Origin: Raillietiella orientalis
Taxonomy: Eukaryota
Reading direction: 5' to 3'
Length of the DNA stretch: 64,000 nt
Assembly (NCBI GenBank): GCA_036172245.1
Contig: JAYWIR010000017.1
Coordinates: forward strand, 806,001 to 870,000
Below the pieces are notes generated by a model. It was not told where the DNA came from. It worked only from the letters and a program-made list of their open reading frames with translations, and searched no databases. Made by a program: the position numbers and the translations under genes. Positions 24,400 through 35,499 of the stretch are shown here, piece by piece (within the stretch, counting starts at the first letter, position 1; the number at the start of each line of letters is the position of its first letter).

Positions 24400-26330
24400 G
24401 AAGTGTCCAAAGAAAAGAACGTGGTATTCGAAGGGGAATTTTCAGGGTCAAACCAAAAGACCGTGGTTGCACGGGGATCATGGGTCATTCCTATTCCACA
24501 CGTAGGTAGCGGAATCAGCATTGGGTGATTTCGCCAAGATTCGAATTTTTGTCAGACGCTTGAAAGCTGAAAAGGCACCATAGTGATTCTAAAGCTACCT
24601 GCTATTCATAAATGAGTTTTGGAGGATATGGATCAGAGAGATCGAAAGAAAAATCTCGTACCCTCGAGAACTCCCGGAGGGTCTGTGCTTTCCTAAACGG
24701 AAGAAGTGTTCCACAGATTGACTTTCTATAGCACAACATCTTTGCTCCGGATCATATCTTTCTGAAGAATCTTCCGCATTTTCAAGCTATTTTCACTTTT
24801 CGTTGAGCGATATCAAAAATTTCGGAGTTTCTATCAATGAATGCAACCCTAATTGCTCTTTAAAAAGAGGGAAACTTCAATTTGCTGTTTCAAATGAGGC
24901 AAATGGAAATGGTGATTTTTAGAAGGCAAAGTCACGAATGCTCAAGGATTACAAGGAAGGGAAGATTCCAAGCAAGAGGCAGCTCCTGAAAAAGCAATGT
25001 AGTGATCATGGAGTCCGAAGAGATTAGTAGATGGTCGAATCTCGCAGGCTCAAATGGCGCACGAATCGGAGAAAAAATACGGACAGGTCGATGAAGCACA
25101 CGCGTGCATTTGAGCACTTCCATGCAATAAATTTCTTCTTGGACTTAATTCTCAGTTTTGGAGGAAGGATTATGGTTTGAAAAATCCATCATCTGGTATC
25201 GTTTCGTGAGGCTGCAGTGAGCTGCGCCTCGGACGCATTTTCAGTCTGTGAGATGTGGAAAGCTTGAAATTCGTTATCGTATGATCTTAAGACTCTGAAA
25301 GAACGAATAAAGGAAGTATCAGCGGAAGAGGAAAACGGTGTGCAACATAAGTCTTCCTTGGAACTCCGCGAATTTTACTAAGCAGGATATAGGATAGATA
25401 TCTTCCCACGCAAGATGCCACGTCGGATGCTTCGAAACTTGCAGGCGAACCATCAGAACGCGTACGCTACCTTCGAGGTCGAAGTAAAATGGGATCTTTT
25501 CTTGCGGGAACATGATCTCTCATTCTAGACTACACTTTGAGAGCATTTATCGCAATCTCGTCTTGCTCAGACGATATTGCAGCTTCCCAGCAACTTATGC
25601 ACCGCTCGAGGTTTGGCTGAGTGAAGTTAAAGTACCAAACTTGCACAGAGAGGAAGGATATAGGGCACAGCTTCTGCTGTAGGAGACTCCCTGGCAGGAA
25701 GGGGAGCCAAACTACTTTGTGAAGCCGCAACTCTATAACGGGAGAATTCACCGCAGAAAGTGCTAGAAGTTCCATCCCCTTCATGTGCTCTGCAAACTTC
25801 GAGAGCAGACGTCTAAGCTAAGATGACCTACCGGGGACTGAAAGCGATATGGGAACAGGGAGGCACAGAAAATGGGATCATGGCATGAAAAATCAAAACG
25901 GCCTAAAGCAACGAAGGAAACAGCACCAGTCTTGTTAGTAAACGAGGGCAGTTCTTTCCAGAAATTGCACGAACACAAAAGGTTCCAAGTTGTCCTGAGG
26001 GTGGTGCAACTTGTTAACTTGCATATTTTCATAGGGCAGTTGGTGCAGCAAGCCGAAGAACGACCAAGAAATGTGCAATTTTAATTCTGACCGCTCGTAA
26101 AAAACGCATGCTCCACTGGAACTCCGCATCTCCAAAGCGATCTGATGATTAAAGCAGAGTTTGGAGCGTTTCCTTGGAGGGACGTGGCGACCATCTCCAC
26201 GCACAGGAGCAGCTAGAGGGACGATTGAAACGGCATTACCAAAGGTGATCTATACTGATTTCCATGGTAGCATTCCGAGCATCATCAATATTTCATGACA
26301 GAGCAGCTTTGTTGTAAGGCAAATGATCAT
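24400..26330 (-). mobile_element. Ty3/gypsy pol fossil (RT, RNase H, integrase)
   Basis: IVPSSCSCAW, KLCFNH, HQLP, RFQSPVGHLSLDVC, ISFLSVQVWYFNFTQPN, EIAINALK, PFYFDLEGS, SYDNEFQAFHISQTEN, ASDKNSN in order. Confidence 0.6.
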
Positions 26331-27579
26331 GGACACTCCATTTGGACAGTTTCGAGCTTCCTGCTGGATCAGGAACGAGGCCTTTGGCCACCATAATCCC
26401 ACACGTGGTCTAATTGCGAACTGGTTCGATTCAGTGCACGCTCGATCAGCATCACGCACTTCTTAACTTAGACACAGATATTCGATTGCAGACTGCATTT
26501 TTTATCAGTAGCTTTGGGTCTGAACGTGAGAAAACAAATGCCCGTTCGTGAGATCTTCCGGTCCACATCCATAAATACGTCGAATCTCGACAGTCTGATT
26601 CGAGTTTCCAGCAACGGATCCTTGAGATTGAAAATGCTTTTGAAGATTCGGGCTACCAAGTCCTCTGAGATCCGGCCGTGTAAGGAAATTTCTAATGGAG
26701 ACATCGAGCTCATCCTTGAGCCAGAATGGTAGATCTCACCGCACTCTCAAAATTTCTGGCTTGCTGTGGCTAGATTCGTAGTTTTCAATTCTTAAGAGAC
26801 ACGCTGTTGAAGATACAAAAGGGAAGATACAGAGAGCTTCTCTCTTTTCTTGGAAAGAAAAGAGAGAAGAACGGGAGGCGAACACCAAGATTGCGATCAG
26901 ATTCCTTCAGATACCTCACAAGGATGCCACATTGAAAATTATTGCAGAGCTTTATGGAGCAGTTTCCAGGAAAGGCGGCATTTTGCGTCTAGTACCAAAG
27001 AGAAGGAGATTCGTAGAATGGGTTCGCAGGAGAGACCTTCGATGCGCTCGTAACATAGAAATTTCTACAAAATCGGAACATCGCAAGTGAGTGAGTGCAA
27101 CGCAGAGATCGGCAGCAAGCACGTACAAAACGTTATTGAAGTTCACGTGATGAAACGCCAGCGGTCCCCATGACGACACAAGGGAAAGACATCAGCTGCA
27201 CTGTGAACAAAATCGGAATACAAATTAGAACCTTCCAGAAGCTACACATGCGCATTGAGAGAATGGATTATACCAGGATGAGAAGGATAGGGAGGTGGGC
27301 TCCAAGTCGCTGAGAGAAAGACAAACAAGAAGTAAGAAAGAAACAGCGAAGTCTCATGACGCAGAGCATTCTACGATGCTGGGATGCCATTGTGAGGGTA
27401 CATGTGCTCGCTTTGGGCGCTCAGTCTACTGAGCCTCAGTTTCATCTGCTCATTTCGAGTACACAGCAAAAGAGCTACTTTTTCGCTCATGTACGTCGGC
27501 ACAGAGAACACGCATACACGCAAAAAAAAAAAAAATTTTCAGCCTAGGTTTCCGTGTATCTACTCCACCAGAGATTGAA

Positions 27580-29420
27580 TTATTCCAAAGTGCTGCATGC
27601 TGCTGGAGGATCTTTTTTTTTTTCCCCTCCTATCCGCATGGACTTCAGGATTACGAACGAATTTTTTTTTGGTTTTCTTCCGACCACCCGGAAGTATTTC
27701 AAGGGAAGGAAGATGCTGTTCTCTCTGGATGTGCGGTCTGGGTGCTTGCGGGGAATTGGAGTTCCGTTTTTATGGTCATGGAGAACTACTTGCAGAGGAG
27801 ATCGGGGTTCAGTACCTTGCATTCCGTTCCTCGCGTCGGATGATTTCAGACTTTGGTGAAATTCCGCTGAGAGAAGAGCGCTGCGATGCGCACGAGGAAC
27901 ACGTCACGTGACTCTGAGAAAATGACTGTGTACAATACACGCAATTAGCAGCTCATGATATACTCTTGTTTCCAACATCGCGCTCCTGGAGCTTACTATT
28001 CCCGGTAGGGAGATTTTCCCGGACTGCGAAGCGATCCCTAAACAAACAACGCCGTTAGTAGTACTTATTGATAATCTGATTTCCCGAGCCGAGAAAATCT
28101 GGTTAGTCACAGATGAGCTACTCATTTGCTTAGCTGATGCTGGTCTATATGAACAACCAGTCAACCCTGCAGCATGTTTTATTATCAACCACTTCTGCGG
28201 GATTATTCAGCGCAATCTCAAATAATCGAACTGATAAAAGGAGACTTTTTGACCGCAGAGGGATCCGAGGATGCGAACAACTATTGTATTTTTCCCTAAG
28301 GCAATAAATTCTCCCGTTCCCGTGATCCAAATTCTCAGGGAAGAAACTTTCACATCTGAGTCAAACAAAGGAAAAAAAGGAAGGAAAACCGGCTAACGTC
28401 AGATAAATCGCGAGTGAAGTGAAGGCGCACGTTGCGCCCAGGGCTTAGGGCTGAGAGAGAACATTCGTGGTCCGCTAATTCGGAATTTCGTCAGACCTCC
28501 GCAACTCTTCAATCCTTTCCGGGATTTCCTCAACAAATGCTCCAAAGATAAATTCCAAAGGATCCATGCCCACTTCCGTCTGAACTCCTAGCTGTACTCC
28601 GAGAGGTCTGCTTTTCCCATCTCAGCCATTTGGGCAAGCCTCATGTGTGATGTTCTCACACACGTTCCCGGTTTCATCTGGTTTTTAGCTGCACATCTCG
28701 GGATATCTTTATCCTCGTCATGTTTGGAAGACGCTCCGTGAAATCCGAATCTAGCCCGACTTGTCCTACAAGAAAACTCATCACGATCCAAGTATAGGAT
28801 TGTGTTTGCGTCGTCTTTCTTCTCCTCTTTTTTTTTTTTTGCTTGAAAAAGACGTGAATTCGTTGAGCTGGAAGCTTCGTACTCTTTCGAAGATTCTTGG
28901 GAAGCCAAAAGTCCCATTCTGCATCGCGTGATCCTGGTAGATCGCCAATGTGCAGCGTATTTTTTTCTTTCTTTTAGACGATGAAATCCTTTTGATCCGT
29001 TTGATCTTCGGCTGTCGGAAACATGTTCTGTCGTCCCGTGCTTTGTGTTGCAATCATGGAACACACTTTTTGAGAAAACTCCCTTGAAACCTGTATTCAA
29101 GAATATCTCTTTCTTTCTCCTTTACTCAGCTACTCCGTAATTGAGTATGGGTTTCCTGAAAATGTTTGTGACCTATCATTGAAAAAACGACAAATAAAAA
29201 GGCATCCGCCTACTTCTCGAGCCTGATTTTAGAAACTAGTTGCTCTTTGCTTTCTTCCCAAGACCACGGCTCCATTGACTCTTGGTATTTATCTTCTCAA
29301 GGAGTTTTCGGAATACCTTTCTAACCTTTGTCCTCGAAAACAGCGGTTGGCCATTGAAATTTTTCTCATATTATGTTGGCGAAAGAGAATTTCGCCCCTA
29401 TTCGGAACAAGTCTGCTTCG
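27580..29420 (-). mobile_element. Ty3/gypsy pol fossil
   Basis: SKGFHRL, RCRMGLLASQE, FGFHG, ALGATCAFTS..LT, SHPRIPL..RLFEIAL, IKHAAG, GVVCLG..ISLP..MLE in order. Confidence 0.5.
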
Positions 29421-30639
29421 TCCTTTCGAGGATGTGGACACCTGTAACTGCTTCGACTTTTCCGTTTCAACTTTCCTGAGGCTCTGTTCCTGTTGGGTCT
29501 TCTGTTCGGGAAGACAGTTCCTTCTTGAAACGTTTTGGCTGGAGGACTGGAACAGATGGCATAATTTTCGTCTCCACTAACATCCACTTATGCTTTGAAG
29601 GGCCACCAGCCATCGAGCAGTTAGTCACATTTTCACCATGTGCAATTTTATCCGACATACCCTCTGGCATGCTGAACTTTCCTGCAGTTTCAACTACCGA
29701 AATGAAGTGTACAAAAAAAAACAAATATCCCTTTTGTAGACATCTGACTATTCGTTAACGACCATAAATAATCTGCATACTGAAACACCGTTGCTATGCA
29801 CTAATTGGGGATCTCAGATTATTTTTGCCATCATATGGTTGCTACCGTCACTATCATTATTATGTGTTTGAATTCTCATAAATGATGCAAGCGAAATCCG
29901 AATTTTATGGGAATTTCAAGTGGAACACTGAGCATCATTCCCTCTATTTGTTCGTTTCTGGTTTGAAACGCATGCAGAAGACGTTGCTGAGTCATCTCTC
30001 CGGATCTACAGAAAAAAAACAATGCACACACACAACCAATGACACAGTGAAAGTACCTGTGATCGTTTCAGAAAGAGAGGAAGTAGCGACAGGTGGGAAG
30101 AAAGAATTCTCAAGCACTAGTCATAATTGGAAGCAAGAGATTCTTCTCGAAATCAAAAAAGAAACAATAACAAGGGCAACAACCCAAGACCTAGAGGTCC
30201 AAGCCACTCTCAAAGCATTGATTTAAATGACCTTCAGATGGAAACTTCTGCAATGAGTTCAGTTAAGGTGAAGCACACGCAGGAAAACCTTAAGCGGATT
30301 CTTCTTTCCATCAAGGTACTGCTGTTGAGACAGGATGGAAAACAAACTCCCACTGAGAATGCGAACTCAGTTGCCTTTATCACATGATTGCAGAAGCAAA
30401 GATACGAGTAGCACCTAACCCCGAAGCATCCTCCATTGTGCACTAGAGGAAAGTCGGATGCCAACAGCGTCTAGAAATGAGTTCACAATTTGTTTCTGAT
30501 GGCAACCTTCGCATCCCTCTTAATCGTTCGCTGAAGCTGAGGATTTTCTGCCAGAACTCTTCTTCTACTTGAAAGTCGCTTCTGGACAAATAAACGGTCA
30601 TTGGCATATCCTTAGTGTTTTGAAGCCTCCCAAATGGAC

Positions 30640-31457
30640 TGCGCTGGCAGCCGTGTGGTTGAGGGTTCGAATCCCACCCAGGGAAAGGATCAACGCCGAA
30701 AAATGGCTCCGTCGTGGGTTTCGAGTCTCCCTCCAGCATGACGCTGGTTGGCCTTACATAGGCTTCGAGTGCGGTATTGGCGGAAGCCGAAAATCGGATG
30801 CCCCTGCTGACTGACCGGGACTGGAAGTTGATCCTCCTAGGTTCTTAAAGGAACCAAGGAGCCGATTCGCTTTGCGGTTCCTTTTCGGTTGTGAAAATGG
30901 AGCCGTCCCTTCCTTATGGGGGGAGCTCCGTATCATGGAGCTGTCTGATGCCTCTCCAGAGCGTTGAAGAGCGTGCTGCTTCCTTCGCTCTTCAGAGAGT
31001 CTTTCAAAGAAATTCGGAAACCTCCCCTCGGGGTTCTCTTCAGAGGAGTAACAAGGAGCGGTTCCCTTGCGGGTTCCCTCCGGAGAAGGAATTCAGGGCG
31101 GATCCTTTCCGAGTTCCCTTCGGAGAAGAAATAATGGGACGCCCCACTCCGGGAGGTCCCTCCAGAGAGAATGAGAGGAAGGTTCCCTTTCGGGATTCCC
31201 TCCCAAGAGTCAGAGAGGAACAGACTCCTTCCGCCAGAGCCTTCGTGGATTCATTCTAGTCCCACCGGGTTTACCCCTAACTCGGAGGGTTGCACGCACC
31301 TTTGATTAGCGTGGACAGTGCTAAGGATCTCTATGAGCCCCCTAAGGAGGCGAACGGTTCTTCGGTACTTGGTGAACCAAAAAGAAAGAAAGAAGCTCCC
31401 CTCCCTAGACGAAAGCTGGAAAGAAAGCAGAGAAAACAGAACCCAAAGGGATTTTCA
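30640..31457 (+). mobile_element. tRNA-headed SINE-like repeat, copy B
   Basis: B-box at 30664-30674; head TGCG.TG..G.CGTGTGG.TG.GG aligns to copy A; shared blocks CGGTTGTGAAAAT, GAGAGAATGAG, GGATTCAT, AACGGTTCTT.GGTACT. Confidence 0.85.
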
Positions 31458-31471
31458 TATCCTAGGCGAAT

Positions 31472-33654
31472 TCTGAATCCTCCTCTGACCAAGGAGGGGA
31501 AGGCCACCAAGGATCAAACGCGCCTGGACCCCTTGAGGTCGGTCTATCTGCGCAAAGCTTTCGACTGCGTCGACCAGGAACTCCTGGAGCTCCTGAAATG
31601 CATGGGATTCCCTGCCGTCTTCTTGGCTTATCTGAGCTCCAGCTGACGCTTGGAGTCAATTAATATCTGCTTCAGCGGCCGGCACGTTCACGGCGTGCCC
31701 ATTTGCTGCAACATAAGGCAGGATGACAGTCTGAGTCCTCTGCTCTTCAGCGTGGGCCCTGCTACTCCAAGCTGGTGCTCAGAGCATACAGAGAGACTCT
31801 GGCAACCCTGCCGAGCTCGATGCCCGGGCACACCTGCTGCGTCTGCTTATGCAGACGATCTTCTGCTGCTGCTTTCCCCTGCTTCTGCACTTGAGGGCTT
31901 CTTCGAGATGCTCAGCCGGGGTACTGGACTTGAGGTGAACAGGGCGAAGTCGTCCATAGTGCCGGTCATTGCGACGTGGACCGGACGGCCAGACTGGATC
32001 CTCTTGGGGATTTCCACGAGCGGGTACTTCAAGTACCTTGGCGTTCCGTTGGAAGACTCCTGCGTAGCAGAAGCCTGGTCTGACCGTTCCAAAAAGTAGA
32101 GATGACACTCGGCTCGTTCCAGAACGGCAAGTTTTGTTTGCAGGAACACGCCGCAGTGTGAAACTCGTTTGAGGCTCCTCACCTTTGCCCCCTGTTTTCG
32201 CCCGCCCCACTGGCGTCAAGAGGAAGACCGAGGCCTGAGAAAAGCCTTCTGGGGCACAGTGAGGTCCAGAATTCGACTGAAAGGCTTGTGTGTTCCGCGT
32301 AAAGGTGGCGGACTGGGCCTCCTTTAAGCTGGAGAGGGTGGAGCTTCAACTTCAACTCAGAAGACGCTTTCTCAGTAAGATTATGGACCACTTCCTGGTG
32401 TTCACCAGCGCGACTTCTCGCAAGGAGTGCAACCGGCTGCGAGAGACTCGCCTCCCTCCTGGTTGCCTGCGAGAGATTGCTAAGACGTTGCGGATACCAA
32501 CTACGCCAGATAGTTGCCCTGGTAGAGGAGAACACCTGGATCTCCTGCCTCCCTGTGAACTGCACTGCATGGCTTCAGGAGTTGGTCTTCTCCTGGGGAA
32601 TGATCTACGGCGCGAACGAGGCGGAGTACGCCTGCCTGCATCAACACTCGCATGTCGTTCGAGGAGATCGTCCTCAACAGCGGAAGATACGGTGGGCCTC
32701 GTCTACCCCCCTTGCCTCAGTGCTGCCCTTGGAACGCAAGGGACATCGTAACCCCAGCAAGGTGAGAAGTAACATGCTGCATAGCAGCAAAGACTTAACT
32801 TCTGGGGGCATGGGCAACTCGGGAGGTCAAGGACGCTGAGACTCCGAGTGTCTCACCCCGCGGACTTGTACTCTGGGAAGAGCTGCTCAACGTCCCTGCG
32901 GAGATGAAATGGCCCCCAGCATGCTGGAACAGTGCAACTCTCCTCTTCAAGTGGCAGGAGTAGGCGTTACTGGTGGAACAGTTTTGTCGTTTGCGCTTTG
33001 CATGGCGGAATCCCGTGAAAAGCGCGCCTTCACCACTGGACATGGGGGGGAGCGTGGACGCTCAGTGAGACAGGTACGGGAAGAAGGCGATTCTCCTGCA
33101 CCTGCTGTTGGACTGTGCTGTCCTCCGATCCCTTTGGAATCGCTTCGCAATAACCCTAGGAATCCCAGAGGGAGGCCTCTTCGCGCGTTCCACTCTGCGT
33201 CAGTCTCGTCCCTAGCAGTTCTTTGCTGCGTCCCCGGAATCGTGGCAGCCTGGAACGCGGGAAAAAGAGGCCAGAATGGCAGGGACGCCATTCATCTGGC
33301 GCGAATCTTCCTGAGGACAGCCTCGAGATGGCCACCTAGGCACTATCCGAACAGAACTTGCCAGCATCCAGAACAGGATGCAGAGGACTCCTGGCAGAGT
33401 ACCGTGATCCCTTCCTCGGAACCCTTCCCCCTCCTCGTTTATAATTTCCTCTCCCCTGTTTTGATTGTTTATTTTTTTTTGTTTTTGTTTTCCCTCCCCC
33501 CACGCTGCCGAAGAGGACCTCGATGGTCTGCATACCGCTATTTGGCAGGTTCATTGCGTGTGGTAGAACCAACGGTTCTACCACACGCAATGAACACAAA
33601 ATTGCATTTTTATTACTTAACGTAATAAACGCCCTGGCATAACCGAGTGAGTAT
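31472..33654 (+). mobile_element. 5'-truncated, disrupted L1/Tx1-type non-LTR retrotransposon (RT, C-terminal zinc-binding region, 3' UTR)
   Basis: Motifs LRKAFDCV, IRQDDSLSPLLF, AYADDLL, GLEVNRAKS, FKYLGVP, HLLLDCAVLRSLW; AATAAA near the 3' end; TSD TATCCTAGGC(G/T)AAT at 31458-31471 and 33655-33668. Confidence 0.9.
33549..33595. repeat. Perfect 22-bp inverted repeat, 3-nt loop
   Basis: GTTCATTGCGTGTGGTAGAACC-AAC-GGTTCTACCACACGCAATGAAC. Confidence 0.97.
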
Positions 33655-35499
33655 TATCCTAGGCTAATAGCAACGATCTCCCTGTGAGGTCGCTACTGGC
33701 CTTTAAAGAGAGAAAGAGAGAAACGACCAGACCGGATGGAAAATATCTATTCGTCTCGCAAGTGCTAAAAATGGATGGTCACTTCTTTCTTACAAAAGGC
33801 AGTATGATCTCATCTACCTCGATCTTCCGCTTCATGGTGAAGAGCGTTCCATTGTTTCGCGAAAGCGGCTACAAGTGATATGTAACACTTGATTCGGGAC
33901 ATCTGCTGCATTTGTTCTGCGCGGGCAACTTTTGGTATCTCTTCCATCTCCAAACGCGGAGTTATCTCAAACGGGAGAAACTCCTGAAGTTCAGATATCA
34001 GCAGGGTTTCGTCCCCGGCCCTTCCCGTGCTCCGAGAACGAAGCATCCACCCAGGTTCGAGATGATGACGGCGGCATGGCAGCAGAGAGATCCACCGTGG
34101 TAACAACGCGAATTACGCTTTCCTCTACGAGCACTCCGGGATATCGGCGCTTTCCCGGAGATTTCTCAAGCAGCGGGTGGGCGCAGTGAGTAGCAAACCT
34201 CACGAGATCATCTTTCGGAAGATACGATGGTGATGCTCGTATGCACACGGCGAACACGCAGTTTTTGCATTGAAAACTCACGCTACAGCAGTTCAGATCA
34301 TCTGCCGAACCTCGTTTTCCTCATCAGCCATCTTCCCTGTAACAGCACAAGTTCTTTTCTTTTGCTTTTTTTTTAAAAAAAAAGAGAAGAGGATAGTAGA
34401 AGAGGGGTGATAATTTCAAGAGATTAACATTCGGCACATATCCCAAAGCATGGAGACATCTGTGCTCAGAAGAAAGCATCTCACAAACTTATGTGGGGTG
34501 TGGACGGGGAGGAGGGGGAACACTCGTTTCCTCCTGTAAAATGCGTATGGGAGCTTCATGCATTTCAGGAATCCCGCAAAGCCGGATGCAAGAAAATTAC
34601 AGGCGGCATGTTTTTTTTTTTAAATAACAACTTTGACCTCTGTGAAACGGGGGTGCATTCGTGGGTGCTCCTTCTCTGACTGGAACGCAGTCTTCCCGAG
34701 CAATCAGGTGACCTCGAGAGCTTCGCTGTCCGCGACAGTTCAAAAGGACAGAAAAAAATTGTGAAAAAAAGAAAAAAACGCGATATCTCATGTGGTCATA
34801 GCAGCCGAAACGGGTCCTCTTCGGTTATCGAAAGAGCCCTCGGAAGAGACAGACAGGGAAGGAACTCGGCTAGACACAAGAGGCATCGGGCGGCACGGAG
34901 GCGAGAGGTCGTGGGATCAACCTGGAACTCGGAGGAGACGCCGGAGAGACCAACGTCCTGCCGAACAGCGAGAAATCAGCAGCACCTGCATCGGCTCGCT
35001 CGGAGAGGGCGAACAAGAAACTCGGCAGCCTTGTGCCCTGAGGAAACCCTGACAGCTGACCGCGCGAGCAAATTAACATAGCCGGTCTGCGCTCCCTCAG
35101 CGAACTGCCGACCTCTTGACTTGGCCTTGGCTTGACTCTCGGGCAGGTCATTTTTTGCAGGGGCGGCGGTTCTCTGCGGAATTCGTGGTCCCGCGGAAGA
35201 GCCGGAGATGCTGCCGCTTCATCGTGGGGAGGCTGCAGAGGCGCGCGGCGCTGCTTCACGTGCGCCGCCGCCGACCCCGACCGAGGCAGCCAGCAGCTGG
35301 GCGCGCTGGGGAAGGGAAGTGGGGGGAGGCAGGCGTGCCCGATGGCAGGATGAGTGCTCGGCAGAGGAAGGCTTTCCTGATCCTTTGCAGTCCCCCACAT
35401 CGTGCGCCATGTGGTCTGCCTGGAAAGAAGGGAGCGGCCACTCCTGAGGCAGAAGCTTCCCCCGTAAGGTGCCGCGCGTCCTCCGCTGCTTCCTTTGCG

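Larger units (their letters stand above)
30230..34280 (-). mobile_element. Ty3/gypsy RNase H-integrase fossil split by nested SINE B plus LINE (30640-33668)
   Basis: Right part: FAVCIRAS, VRFAT, GKRRYP, LQEFLPFEI, NAAD (33880-34280). Left part: QKILSF..ELISRRCWHPT integrase zinc region (30450-30570). Confidence 0.55.

Noticed and set aside
25600..26460. Cytochrome P450 pseudogene (LPYNKAAL/HEIL, HDP, FG..SC.G)
   Set aside because: Needs many ad hoc frameshifts and lacks ExxR; gypsy RT/RNase H motifs fit the same DNA better.
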